From Candidatus Woesebacteria bacterium (GTDB lineage Bacteria > Patescibacteriota > Microgenomatia > UBA1400 > UBA1396), in NCBI GenBank assembly GCA_021208605.1, contig JAJOJK010000003.1:9481-73480 (forward strand): a DNA stretch of 64,000 nt. The letters are read 5' to 3'. Below the pieces are notes generated by a model. The model made no database searches. It was not told where the DNA came from and saw only the letters and a list, made by a program, of their open reading frames with translations. The first letter of the stretch is position 1. Each line of letters opens with the position of its first letter. The position numbers and the translations under genes are program-made. Below, piece after piece: positions 8,560 to 18,445 of this stretch.

Positions 8560-9321
8560 TTAAAAAAACTTTTCTAAATGAATATGTTTCTCTTCTACAC
8601 CTCTCTTCAGCAGAATGGCCTTGGAGTCTTCAATCATACTCGAACCGCCGCATAAGAAAAAGCCAGTTTTCGATATGTCGGCAAATTCGTGAGCCAGCAA
8701 GACATCGGTCACCCGACCACTATCGAGTGGCCAATTGGCGGGCGGCTGAGACAGCATGGGTCGAAACGTAAAGTTAGCGTGCTGCTCGGCAAGCTGCGTA
8801 AATTCGTCATACCAGAACTGGTGCTCGGCATGGCGGAGACCCCAGACTAAAGTGATTGGGCGCGTGTCAGCGTCATCCACTAACAAATCTTCAATCATGC
8901 TGCGAAATGGCGCGATACCTGAGCCAGTGGCCACAAACCACAATTCTGATTCTTCCTGACCCAACACGCTATCTAGTCGAGGCACTGTAAAGCTTCCCAC
9001 CGGCCCCATAAACTCAATTTCTGCGCCAAGTTCCAGACCGCCCAAATATCGTGTCGCTTCACCTTGCGGCCGTAAATCAACGAGCAACTCAATGGCGTGC
9101 TCCAAATCTGGTTCTGAAGCAATGGAGTAACTGCGACGATACGGAGTACCAGGAACCGTCAGTAAAACATACTGTCCGGCCGTAAACGCAATTCGCGGCG
9201 GCGCTGAAAGCTCAAAGTGGTACAACGTGTAGATGTCGTTATAGATCTGCTTTTCGGACAAACGCGCCGAAAACGTCTGGATACGCGGGGCAACTGTGGC
9301 GGCGGCAGGGGTATTTGTCAT
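8560..9321 (-). CDS. FAD/NAD(P)-binding oxidoreductase, ferredoxin-NADP reductase family
   Basis: RRSYSIAS (RxYS FAD-binding motif), GSGIAP (NAD(P)-binding) and the C-terminal EKF typical of the FNR-like family. Confidence 0.7.
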   Translation of the reverse strand: MTNTPAAATVAPRIQTFSARLSEKQIYNDIYTLYHFELSAPPRIAFTAGQYVLLTVPGTPYRRSYSIASEPDLEHAIELLVDLRPQGEATRYLGGLELGAEIEFMGPVGSFTVPRLDSVLGQEESELWFVATGSGIAPFRSMIEDLLVDDADTRPITLVWGLRHAEHQFWYDEFTQLAEQHANFTFRPMLSQPPANWPLDSGRVTDVLLAHEFADISKTGFFLCGGSSMIEDSKAILLKRGVEEKHIHLEKFF

Positions 9322-9403
9322 AGTGGACAGTATAGCAAGTTCTCACGTTTCTCGAAGTCAAGAATCTACTCGGATGAGAAATATTGATGAATCAACACAT
9401 AAT

Positions 9404-9451
9404 GCACTACACTGAGTGGTGAAGATGTAAGTATAGCACCACATGTAGTGC
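9404..9451. promoter_or_regulatory. nested inverted repeat in the divergent promoter region between the FNR-like gene and the beta-CASP gene
   Basis: GCACTACA-ctga-GTGGTG-(15 nt)-CACCAC-a-TGTAGTGC. An 8+6 bp nested stem in a 268-bp AT-rich intergenic region. Confidence 0.3.
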
Positions 9452-9589
9452 AAAGACAGAGTTGTTTTCACTATAGGTTTTTCTTATTATCGAGCTGATG
9501 CAGTCAAAAAAAAACTATAAGCTTCAGAAATTTCACTGCAATTTTACCTAGTCATATGAGTCAAAAAACAATCTCTCTCTGTTCCATCC

Positions 9590-12500
9590 ATGCCGCCCGC
9601 TGAAACAAGAGATGGACAGCCATTTCTCGAGTCCGATTCGTTTCACGCCCTCACTCGGCTACGACCTGAAGAAATGGAGACAATAGACCAAATCTTTGCC
9701 TTAGCAGGTCTCCAGATTACCATTTTCCCATTAAAAAACGGAAATCTCTACGCCCTGTTTTACAATGAACTCGGCACAATTCAAGCTATCGATGCCAGAA
9801 CTCTTACTCAATGTATCGGTTTTTTCGTGGGCGCCAGCTCAGACTCACAACAAAATGCTACTGCTATTCATCAGAATCACACCGAACTGCAAAGTGAAGT
9901 GCAAACAATCAACCCTGAGTGGCAACTGCCAATTTTTAACCGCCTCTTACTCCTGGAGATTACGCAATCCCTCATATGGGAAATTTTCACTTCTATGCAT
10001 GATCTCAAGCCATCGGAAATAGAGGGTTTCAAGTATATTTTGGAGCATTACCACTATTATTTAGACATCAACTTTGGGAAAAATGGAGACAAGGCCCGTG
10101 GCCTTTTTTTTATGAATCCAGCCGCAACACCCGGAACGATTCCTCTCGAAAATGGTGAGCAGCTGGCCGGATTCGTATTACCACAAGATAACGAACGTAC
10201 TCAAAAACGCTGGCAAAAAACACTCGAAACTGAATTCTATGAAGCTACGGGGGAAAAAGGAGTTTTCTTCCCACCAGGAAAAGCCAGTGTGCTTCCTCTT
10301 TTGCAACAGTTTACTGAAAAAACACGGGGTGTTTCTCGACAGCATCCGGCATTTCTGGAATCAGAGTGGCAAACTGAGCGTCTCCGCCTGAGGGAAGAAG
10401 TTCGGCACTATTTATCACGCTTTTTCCAGCCTTATGGTATCGAGGTGCTCGACACCGCGCAGCTTATTCCGCACCAAAACCGAAATACCGAAAATGGTTC
10501 TGAATTCGTGGTAAATCGATTTCCGATGGCGGATTTTCTGTTTGTTGAAGCAGAAAAAGATACGGTTTCACTCACTCCTGTCCCGCTCATTGGTTGGAAA
10601 GCGGCAGCAGACAAAGGCCAACTCCCAACCGAAGTCACTATCTATGGAGGTGTTGGGGGAATTGGTATCGTGCCCAATACCGCTGACCTATCGGATCGAA
10701 AAACGTTCATGCGTTTAGCCAGTGGTGAGCTGCGCAGGTTTAATCCCACGCTACAACCTCATCTGGCAACTCATCCAAGCATCTTGACCGTCGACGAACG
10801 ACTTCTGCAAAAATGGCAAGAACTCGGCTCACCCATTCCAACCGAAACCGAGATTGCCCATGTAGTAGGGAGTCAGACCAGAAAACGCTCTCGTGACTAT
10901 GGTCTTGATATTCGCTCGTCAACACCACCTATCGTAGAGCTCCATCTCTACGAACCAAACGGTCCTGGTCTCTGGAACGGGCAAACAACCATGGTAGCGC
11001 ATCGTGACTCAAAAAATGCCAATGCCCTTCTTCTCGACGCAAGTTGGCCCCTAAACATTCCAATCTGGGCTCCAGGAGGAGCGAATCACTCCTATAAGGA
11101 AGGCATCGCTCCTTTTCTTGAAAAAAAACTCCTTGACCTTATTCCTCGCCTCTACAACTCTGAAGCACTCATCAATTCCATCAATACGGGTGTGCTCACT
11201 CGGGTCATGAAACTTGTTCACTCTCGCACCGATGAATATAAATACAAGAGTGTCGATGAGTATCTCCTGCTTGAAATCTACCACCGTTTTCAAAAAGATG
11301 GCCTGATCCAAATATTGCGTGAACAAGCTCGTAACCTCACCTACCAACTCATCAAAAGCGGAGAAATTGACCACCTGCTTCGCTATCTCGAGGAAAAAGA
11401 AGCTACCATCTATGGCAAACGCAAAACTCTCTATGATGGGATAGCACTCACGCATGCCCATGGAGACCACACAAAAACCAGTGCGCTTCATCGTCCTGAA
11501 ATCGTTCGCCTGAGCTCCCCAATCACCTGGGCTTTCTTGCGCGCGGACCATACCCTTTCGTATGATTGGGTAGGCCAAAGCACTGCAGTCCAACGCCTCC
11601 GAAAAATGCCCAAAGTGGGCAACAGCTATCCAGTCCTCGAATATCCTCATGTTCCACTAAACGATGGACAAACCTACGAAGTATCACCCGATATTTTTCT
11701 TACCGCTATTGCGGTTGATCACATTCCCGGAAGTATGGGTTTCCATATTGAAGTAAAACACAACGGACGCACTATTCACCGCATTTCCTATGGCGGAGAC
11801 ATGCGAGATACCCGTTTCTACCAGAAAGTACGTGAACTTGGAGGTACCGACTTACTGATTATGGAAGGCACGCATTTGCCAAAGGAGCAATATAAAGGCA
11901 AACCTATTCCTACAGAAGAACTGGTTGAAGTGCAATTAGACCAGGAAATTGCGAACGCTGGAAGCAATGCAATTGCTATCAACATCACCAGTCGTGACTT
12001 TAAGCGTCTGCACAGTATTCTTACAATTGCGCAAGCCCGCGGGCGCACGGTGATTATTTCTCCCAAAATCTTGTCGCAGTACCTAAAGTTACAAATGAAT
12101 GTCAAAGATGTTTTTCAGTCTCACTATCAAGATATTCCCGTTATCCCTATTGATGATCCCTTGATCCGCTCATGGCAGTCAGAAAAAGACACTTACACAT
12201 CAGAAGAAAAACATATTTTTCAAATTTTTAAACCCATTCAACCGCAAGATATTAACGCTGATCCACAACACTATCTGCTCATTCGTGAAGAAGAAGCCCC
12301 TCAGAAAATGGATGGTATTGGGCCCAATCTCGTCTGGATTAACTCCGCCGGCACATCTCCTGAAGTAGAACGCTACCAGAAATCATACGCTGAACAACGA
12401 GACTGGAGATACGTTTCTCGCGGCGTACGGGCGTTAGGCCACGCACCGCTTTTAGAGCCAGAGAATGATCCTCATAGCACCGGAGTGCTGGCACAAATTC

Positions 12501-12658
12501 CGACTTTGAAACCGAAAGCAATTTTGCCACTCCACACCGATGATCCCACAAAAGTAGCCCAGCTGATACGCTCCTACCCAGGAACTCGTGGCATCAATAT
12601 CTTTTCTGACCGGAAAGCGCCTCGCCTCAAAATAGACATGCGGAGAATTACACGCTAA
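9590..12658 (+). CDS. large protein: ~600-aa N-terminal region of unknown function fused to a C-terminal beta-CASP metallo-beta-lactamase nuclease domain
   Basis: C-terminal half carries ALTHAHGDHT (HxHxDH), VDHIPGS (His), ISYGGDMRD (Asp), LLIMEGTH (beta-CASP motif A), RALGHAPLLE (motif B His) and ILPLHTDD (motif C His). There is no Walker A, TM helix or signal peptide. The start codon is uncertain. Confidence 0.7.
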   Translation: MPPAETRDGQPFLESDSFHALTRLRPEEMETIDQIFALAGLQITIFPLKNGNLYALFYNELGTIQAIDARTLTQCIGFFVGASSDSQQNATAIHQNHTELQSEVQTINPEWQLPIFNRLLLLEITQSLIWEIFTSMHDLKPSEIEGFKYILEHYHYYLDINFGKNGDKARGLFFMNPAATPGTIPLENGEQLAGFVLPQDNERTQKRWQKTLETEFYEATGEKGVFFPPGKASVLPLLQQFTEKTRGVSRQHPAFLESEWQTERLRLREEVRHYLSRFFQPYGIEVLDTAQLIPHQNRNTENGSEFVVNRFPMADFLFVEAEKDTVSLTPVPLIGWKAAADKGQLPTEVTIYGGVGGIGIVPNTADLSDRKTFMRLASGELRRFNPTLQPHLATHPSILTVDERLLQKWQELGSPIPTETEIAHVVGSQTRKRSRDYGLDIRSSTPPIVELHLYEPNGPGLWNGQTTMVAHRDSKNANALLLDASWPLNIPIWAPGGANHSYKEGIAPFLEKKLLDLIPRLYNSEALINSINTGVLTRVMKLVHSRTDEYKYKSVDEYLLLEIYHRFQKDGLIQILREQARNLTYQLIKSGEIDHLLRYLEEKEATIYGKRKTLYDGIALTHAHGDHTKTSALHRPEIVRLSSPITWAFLRADHTLSYDWVGQSTAVQRLRKMPKVGNSYPVLEYPHVPLNDGQTYEVSPDIFLTAIAVDHIPGSMGFHIEVKHNGRTIHRISYGGDMRDTRFYQKVRELGGTDLLIMEGTHLPKEQYKGKPIPTEELVEVQLDQEIANAGSNAIAINITSRDFKRLHSILTIAQARGRTVIISPKILSQYLKLQMNVKDVFQSHYQDIPVIPIDDPLIRSWQSEKDTYTSEEKHIFQIFKPIQPQDINADPQHYLLIREEEAPQKMDGIGPNLVWINSAGTSPEVERYQKSYAEQRDWRYVSRGVRALGHAPLLEPENDPHSTGVLAQIPTLKPKAILPLHTDDPTKVAQLIRSYPGTRGINIFSDRKAPRLKIDMRRITR

Positions 12659-12984
12659 TGGGAGTCAGACGAGGAAATTTTTCCGCTGAGACTAGAGATC
12701 GTGTTCGTATCGAAGCAAACTGGTGCTGCCAAAAGTGCGGTAAAAAAACCAAAGAACTTGAAGTTCATCATCTGCTCCCAAAATCCGTGGCAAGAACTCA
12801 GTATCCGCATATCCCGGAATACATGGTTGCTTCTCCACACAACGCAGCGGCACTCTGTTCCGATTGTCATAAAGAAGAAAACAAACTGAGTTTCCGTGAG
12901 CATGCGTACTTTGCTACCCTCTTGCTTTCTCATTTTGCAGAAAATCATAGTAGGAATGAACATCAATCACTAGAGCTCCGGTAA
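12658..12984 (+). CDS. HNH endonuclease
   Basis: CCQKCGKK...ELEVHHLLPKS...NAAALCSDCH is the HNH/His-Me finger motif with a Cys4 zinc site. The start ATG overlaps the upstream TAA (TAATG), indicating translational coupling. Confidence 0.8.
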   Translation: MGVRRGNFSAETRDRVRIEANWCCQKCGKKTKELEVHHLLPKSVARTQYPHIPEYMVASPHNAAALCSDCHKEENKLSFREHAYFATLLLSHFAENHSRNEHQSLELR

Positions 12985-13046
12985 AAAGAGGAGCAGTTGC
13001 AAATTCTCCCCATCTCCTGGCTTAATCGTGTTACAATCACCCCACT

Positions 13047-14477
13047 ATGGCGTCCCGTTTAGAAGAAATGATGCAAGCTCGACGCGATGTACGTGAGGAC
13101 ATGCTCCAAAATGGCACGAATCCGTACCCGCAAGAGGGGCATCGCACCCACACCAACCAGCAAGCACTTGATCTCGCTGATGGTAAGAAGGCCACCATCG
13201 CCGGCCGCGTGCGAGCCATGCGCGGACACGGAAAAATCCGTTTTGTTGACGTCCATGACGAGTTCACCAAAATACAAGTCGTCTTCAAACAAGACGAAAC
13301 CGCTGATTTTGCCGCCATCAAAAACTTCCACACCGGCGACTTCATTCGCGTCACCGGCGAGCGCTTTACCACCAACGCCGGCGAAGCCAGCTTGCTGGCG
13401 CGCGAGTTCGACATGCTTTCCAAAGCGCTCCGCCCGTTGCCAGATTCCTGGTACGGCTTTTCTGACGAAGAGGAACGCTATCGCCGTCGTCCGGTCGACT
13501 TAATCATGAATCCAGATGTGGCTGAAGTTTTTCGCCAACGCAGCAAGATTATTCAGTCCGTTCGCCAAACTTTGGATGAGCACAATTTCTTAGAAGTCGA
13601 AACCCCCACCCTGCAACCCATGTACGGCGGCGCCAACGCTCGCCCGTTTGTGACTCACATTAACGCCTGGGACATTCCGCAATACCTGAAGATTTCTGAC
13701 GAGTTGTATTTGAAACGCCTCATCGTCGGCGGCTTCGAGCGCGTCTACGAGATCGACAAAGACTTCCGCAACGAAGGCGTCGACCGCACGCACAATCCAG
13801 AATTCACCATGATGGAATGCTACGCCGCCTACTGGGACTACAACGACATGATGACCCTGACCGAAAAAGTCTACGAGAACGCCGCTATCGCCATTCACGG
13901 CACTACCGAAGTGGAATACCAAGGAATGAAAATTGATTTCCGCGGTCCTTGGCGCCGCTTACCCATGAAAGACGCCATCCGCGAGTACTTGGGAATCGAT
14001 GTTGATGAACTCAGCGACGACGAACTCCGCGCCGCCATCAAAGACCACAAACTCGAGTACGAAGGCGAATGGATTCGCGGCCTCGGCATCGCCACGCTCT
14101 TTGAAGCGGTGGAAGAACACTTGATTCAGCCGGTCTTTATTACTGATATGCCCCGCGAAACCACTTCTCTGTGTAAACCACACCGCGAAGATGCTTCTTT
14201 GATTGAGCGTTTTGAACCCTACATTGCCGGCTGGGAAGTTGGCAACGCTTACACCGAGTTGAATGATCCCGTTCTGCAACGCCAATTCTGGGAAGAAGAA
14301 CGTGACGACGATGATGAAGCACATCCCCTCGACGAAGACTTTATCGAGACTCTGGAATACGGCATGCCGCCAACTGGTGGTTTGGGCATGGGACTGGACC
14401 GCATGGTTATGTTGCTTACGAACCAGACTAAGATTCGAGATGTTATTTTGTTCCCGACGATGAAGCCGAGGGAATAG
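13047..14477 (+). CDS. lysS: lysyl-tRNA synthetase, class II
   Basis: Full-length class II LysRS: N-terminal OB fold, motif 2 FRNEG, motif 3 region GGLGMGLDRMVML. Confidence 0.92.
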   Translation: MASRLEEMMQARRDVREDMLQNGTNPYPQEGHRTHTNQQALDLADGKKATIAGRVRAMRGHGKIRFVDVHDEFTKIQVVFKQDETADFAAIKNFHTGDFIRVTGERFTTNAGEASLLAREFDMLSKALRPLPDSWYGFSDEEERYRRRPVDLIMNPDVAEVFRQRSKIIQSVRQTLDEHNFLEVETPTLQPMYGGANARPFVTHINAWDIPQYLKISDELYLKRLIVGGFERVYEIDKDFRNEGVDRTHNPEFTMMECYAAYWDYNDMMTLTEKVYENAAIAIHGTTEVEYQGMKIDFRGPWRRLPMKDAIREYLGIDVDELSDDELRAAIKDHKLEYEGEWIRGLGIATLFEAVEEHLIQPVFITDMPRETTSLCKPHREDASLIERFEPYIAGWEVGNAYTELNDPVLQRQFWEEERDDDDEAHPLDEDFIETLEYGMPPTGGLGMGLDRMVMLLTNQTKIRDVILFPTMKPRE

Positions 14478-14494
14478 GTGAGGGACCGACCCTC
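14478..14494. repeat. REP type A variant (GTGAGGGACCGACCCTC), left arm of inverted pair
   Basis: Perfect 17-nt inverted repeat with 14651-14667. Immediately follows the lysS stop codon. Confidence 0.6.
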
Positions 14495-14640
14495 AAGCTT
14501 TTAATAATTTCTTATAAGCTTTTACAATAGGCCAAAAGCAGGAATTTGCATCATACGTTCCGTCTTGCCCTTCGAGTAGCTTACAAGTACACACTTGGAT
14601 ACATACAAATTTCAGTCACAGATTGCTTTAAAAATGATTG

Positions 14641-15204
14641 TTATAGGCCTGAGGGTCGGTCCCTCACCTGCTTTCTCCCGCTTAGCCACAGCGCCAGCGC
14701 AAATCGCACTAAATACGCATACGCTTCTTCCCGCGGAATCACGCCCTCAGTCAGGTACCCAAACATACCGCCCTGTTGATTGGTGTTCGTTTTCCCTTCA
14801 ATCTTGTCCATTACTTTCCCGAGCTCTTCGCCGGAGGCGAGTCCATCGACAATATACTGCGGCAGAGCGAAGCGGTTTCCAGCCAGGCTTTGTTGTTTGC
14901 CCGCGCGATCCTCAATATGTACCCAGACAATCGACTGTAACTCTTCACCAACAGACATCAAACCGCCCTCGAGTCCGAAAGCCATGTCCACGCTCGGGTC
15001 TGCTTCCAGAACAGCCAGTGCGCGATTGCGGGCACCTTGGCGCGTTTCGTCATCGGAGTACGGCTGATCGCTGACGCCACTCTCGACTGAGTATCCCTGG
15101 ACTTCATACTCAACAGACTCTCCCCGTCTGGAAAACACAAACTCCACCGCCGACTGCACGGCCGCCACTTTTACTGGATTGGTACTTCCCACGCCTATCT
15201 TCAT
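14641..15204 (-). CDS. yjjX: inosine/xanthosine triphosphatase, YjjX family
   Basis: MKIGVGSTNPVKVAAV...SGVSDQPYSDDETRQGARNRA matches YjjX family signatures. The start ATG at 15204 overlaps the sufU stop (ATGA). Confidence 0.75.
   Translation of the reverse strand: MKIGVGSTNPVKVAAVQSAVEFVFSRRGESVEYEVQGYSVESGVSDQPYSDDETRQGARNRALAVLEADPSVDMAFGLEGGLMSVGEELQSIVWVHIEDRAGKQQSLAGNRFALPQYIVDGLASGEELGKVMDKIEGKTNTNQQGGMFGYLTEGVIPREEAYAYLVRFALALWLSGRKQVRDRPSGL
14644..14667. repeat. REP type A (TAGGCCT-GAGGGTCGGTCCCTCAC)
   Basis: TAGGCC palindrome plus AGGG-TCGGT-CCCT hairpin. Overlaps the last codons of the YjjX-like gene. Confidence 0.6.
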
Positions 15205-15629
15205 TGCTGCTCCCTTTCTGCACTCCCTTGTACTACTGCCCAGTCCTCGCCACTGCGCAGCCCTTGCCAAAATAACAACGCACACTTTTGTCGACTTGGT
15301 GAAATATGCAGCAACTCCAGTTCTCTCAGTACATCCTCCGCTGACATACTTTCCCATTTTTGTATTGATGAACCAACTAATTTTTCGCTCAGCAAACTCG
15401 CCGCCGCAGTGCTCACTGCGCAGCCATCGCCTTGCCAAGTAACCGCTTTTATAATTCCTGCTTCATCAATTTTCAAAAAAATTTCCAGGGAATCACCACA
15501 ACTCGCATTCGCCGCTCGCATAACAAAAGTAGCATCAGGCAACTCGCCCCAATTGCGAGGATGTTGCGCGTGTTCCAAGATGTGTTCGCGGTATAAATCG
15601 TCCACGGAAGCTCCTCGACTAGACGCCAA
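15201..15629 (-). CDS. sufU: Fe-S cluster scaffold SufU/IscU-like
   Basis: DLYREHILEHAQHPRN plus conserved Cys residues (ASCGD, GDGCAVS). Located downstream of sufS. Confidence 0.75.
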   Translation of the reverse strand: MASSRGASVDDLYREHILEHAQHPRNWGELPDATFVMRAANASCGDSLEIFLKIDEAGIIKAVTWQGDGCAVSTAAASLLSEKLVGSSIQKWESMSAEDVLRELELLHISPSRQKCALLFWQGLRSGEDWAVVQGSAEREQQ

Positions 15630-16869
15630 AAATGGTTTGTACTTGTTCTAAAGCCGCAATTAACTGATCAATATCTTCGCGCGTGTTATACACCGCAAAA
15701 CTAGCGCGCGTGGTGGCGACCCAGTCTTGCTCGGTATGCAGTGGCATCGTGCAGTGATGGCCAGAGCGAACGGCCACTCCAGAGCGATCTAAAATTTGCG
15801 CCACATCGTGCGCGTGGACGCCTTCGTACGTCCAGGTCACAGAACCAACTCGCGAGGCAAACTCTGCACCCGGCTCCGGACCAATCAACCGCACCTGCGG
15901 CACCTGCTGGAGCTGCTCATAGGCATACTGCACCAAATCGTGCTCATGCGCTTGCAACTCGGACCACCCAATCTCTTCTAAAAACTCGATCGCCGCTTGC
16001 AACCCAACCAAACTAGCTACATCTGGAGTTCCGGCGGTAAAGCGCTCAGCAAAATCTTCATGAAAACTCGTTTCTTGGGTACGGACCTCGGCGATCATGC
16101 CGCCACCGTACAACACCGGCGCAATCTCTTGAGCCAGGCGTTCGCTCACCACCAAACCGCCGATTCCCATCGGACCATACATTTTGTGCCCAGAGAAAGT
16201 CAGGGCGTCAACCGGCCAGCGATCCAAACGACTCGGCATATGCGCAGCCGACTGAGCGGCATCAACCGCCACCAGCACGTTTTTGCGCACACCCCACTTG
16301 CGCAGTTGGGCATCAATTTTCTCGAGAGGCGCCACCACGCCAGTCACATTAGACACCGCCGCCGTGGCGACCACCCGCAAACGATCTTTTTTTTCTTGCA
16401 GCAACTCAGCAAATGCGTTTATCGGCCAGGTAGATTGGTCATCCATAGGGAGCACAATAAACTCGCAACCAGTGCGCTGCGACACCATCTGCCAAGGCAC
16501 GAGCGTGCTGTGGTGCTCTTGCATGGTAACGACGATGACGTCGCCTGGTCGTAAAAACTTTTCCCACATCTGGACGAGGAGGTTCATGGCCTCGGTGGAG
16601 TTGCGGGTAGAAATCAATTGGTCGGCACGAGCACCAAAAAAAGCTGCGATTTTCTGACGAGCTTGCTCGTAGCGCTCGGTGCTCTCGTCACTTAAAGTGT
16701 GTACGCCACGATGAACGTTGGCGTTGTGGGTGCGGTAGTAGTCGCTGATTGCGGTGATCACACTCTCTGGTTTTTGCGTGGTGGCGGCGTTGTCGAGATA
16801 GACGAGTTTTTTGCCGTGTATTTGGCGTTGCAAGATGGGAACTTGTGTCTGCGTCTCATGAACTTTCAT
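15619..16869 (-). CDS. sufS: cysteine desulfurase, SufS class
   Basis: PLP-lysine motif SGHKMYGPMGIGGL and active-site RSGHHC. Length 416 aa. Confidence 0.88.
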   Translation of the reverse strand: MKVHETQTQVPILQRQIHGKKLVYLDNAATTQKPESVITAISDYYRTHNANVHRGVHTLSDESTERYEQARQKIAAFFGARADQLISTRNSTEAMNLLVQMWEKFLRPGDVIVVTMQEHHSTLVPWQMVSQRTGCEFIVLPMDDQSTWPINAFAELLQEKKDRLRVVATAAVSNVTGVVAPLEKIDAQLRKWGVRKNVLVAVDAAQSAAHMPSRLDRWPVDALTFSGHKMYGPMGIGGLVVSERLAQEIAPVLYGGGMIAEVRTQETSFHEDFAERFTAGTPDVASLVGLQAAIEFLEEIGWSELQAHEHDLVQYAYEQLQQVPQVRLIGPEPGAEFASRVGSVTWTYEGVHAHDVAQILDRSGVAVRSGHHCTMPLHTEQDWVATTRASFAVYNTREDIDQLIAALEQVQTIFGV

Positions 16870-16896
16870 GAGTGTAGTATACCGTGGGATAAAAAC

Positions 16897-16926
16897 TTGA
16901 CTTTGGGAATTCTTTCAGTTTATATT
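16897..16926 (+). promoter_or_regulatory. sigma70-like promoter (TTGACT-18-TATATT) for the small gene at 16937
   Basis: TTGACT at 16897-16902 and TATATT at 16921-16926. Very short leader. Confidence 0.3.
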
Positions 16927-16936
16927 TCAAACATTA

Positions 16937-17181
16937 TGGAAACACAACAAGTCCTCCCTTTCAAAGAACGAATGCTCGCTGCTTTTGATACTGCGACAAC
17001 TCTTCCCGACGGCACCCGTCAAATAAATCTCGAAAAAGAACTGCGTCCTTTGTTTAAGACCTCTCTTGAAACAAGGGGTTTCAGACCAGTAGGTATAAAT
17101 ACCACTGGTATTACTATTCCGACTACTGTAAATAGAGAAGTGTATCAATACACCGTCGATCAGGTAGAAAAGAATAAGTAA
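16937..17181 (+). CDS. hypothetical small protein (81 aa)
   Basis: Internal start METQQVLPFKERML of track ORF 16699..17181. Divergent from sufS. Confidence 0.4.
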
Positions 17182-17222
17182 ACTCACCGTCCAATCTTCG
17201 CCCTGTGCTACAATCCTGAGAT

Positions 17223-18443
17223 ATGCGTATTGCGATGTACACGGACGGGTTTTACCCTTATGCAGGAGGAGTCAGCACTGCTGTACTCGCCCTAGCTGAA
17301 GAACTTGCCAAACAAGGTCATAGTATATTTATTCAGGCTCCACGGCCAAAAGGGGATGTCGATACGAGTTGGATGCATCCGAACATCACCGTAAACTATG
17401 TTCGATCGAGTGAAGTTTTTATCTATCCTGATTTTCGGATCGGCACAAAGATGCCAATCTTTATCGATACGGTAAAAGAATTTAACCCAGATATTATTCA
17501 TGTTCATACGCCGCTCAGCATTGGACTAGAAGGCATACTCGTCGCGAAACGACTGAAGCTTCCGTTGGTGCAAACTTTTCACACTTACTTCATGGACCAA
17601 GAGTACATGCGTTTATTTGGAATCCAGAATCAGCGACTCGCCAATCTCTTTACGAACGGTGGCTGGAAACTCATGAAGCTAATGTCTCGTCTATTCAGCG
17701 TCACGACCGCGCCGAGTCATTATGTGGAAAATGACTTACTCAATCGCAATGTACCGGGCGCTGTTGTGTACTGTCCGAATATTCTGCCCAATCACTATTT
17801 TGCCCCACACCCACGCCGAAAAGGAGATGTCCGCTCTTTCTTGTTTGTGGGTCGCTTAAGTCCAGAGAAACGAGTCCACATACTCCTGCAGAGTTTTGCT
17901 GAGGTCTTAAAAACCAATCCAGACAGAAATGTAGAACTGCAAATAGTGGGTGATGGGCCGGATCGTGAAGAGCTGGTGAATCTCGCTTTTGATCTTGGTA
18001 TTGCTCGCTCCGTACGCTGGCATGGCAAAATACCACATCAGGAACTCATTGACGAACACTTGTATCACATGAGTGATGTATTCATTACGGCAAGCCGCTT
18101 TGAAACGTTTGGCTACACGACTTTAGAAGCCATGGCCCATGGTCTGCCGGTCATTGCTCACGCCTACCGGGCCAATACCGAACTTATTGACGATACTGGA
18201 TATCTTGTTCCAGATACTGAGAGCGTATCCGAATCAGTTACTCTGCTCGCACAAGCAATGCAGCAGTGTCTGCATGATGACATTGCAGAAAAGAGAAAAG
18301 CCGCATACCAACGCGCTCAACAGTATCGTCCAGAAGAAGCCATTCCTCATTACGAAAAAGCCTACGATTTAGCTCGACAACTCCATCCACAGACCGCTAC
18401 TGTCGAAGAAATCGATCCATCAGAAATTGAGAATATAGCGTAA
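17223..18443 (+). CDS. glycosyltransferase family 4
   Basis: EX7E region [20 protein letters not shown] and the GT-B fold pattern. Confidence 0.8.
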   Translation: MRIAMYTDGFYPYAGGVSTAVLALAEELAKQGHSIFIQAPRPKGDVDTSWMHPNITVNYVRSSEVFIYPDFRIGTKMPIFIDTVKEFNPDIIHVHTPLSIGLEGILVAKRLKLPLVQTFHTYFMDQEYMRLFGIQNQRLANLFTNGGWKLMKLMSRLFSVTTAPSHYVENDLLNRNVPGAVVYCPNILPNHYFAPHPRRKGDVRSFLFVGRLSPEKRVHILLQSFAEVLKTNPDRNVELQIVGDGPDREELVNLAFDLGIARSVRWHGKIPHQELIDEHLYHMSDVFITASRFETFGYTTLEAMAHGLPVIAHAYRANTELIDDTGYLVPDTESVSESVTLLAQAMQQCLHDDIAEKRKAAYQRAQQYRPEEAIPHYEKAYDLARQLHPQTATVEEIDPSEIENIA

Positions 18444-18445
18444 AC

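Noticed and set aside
12701-12889. 62-aa alternative-frame ORF inside the HNH gene
   Set aside because: The HNH frame carries the complete CxxC...HH...N...CxxC...H motif. The overlapping frame has none.
13037-14463. Multiple ORFs on both strands overlapping lysS
   Set aside because: lysS is unambiguous and full length. The overlapping ORFs are alternative-frame artefacts.
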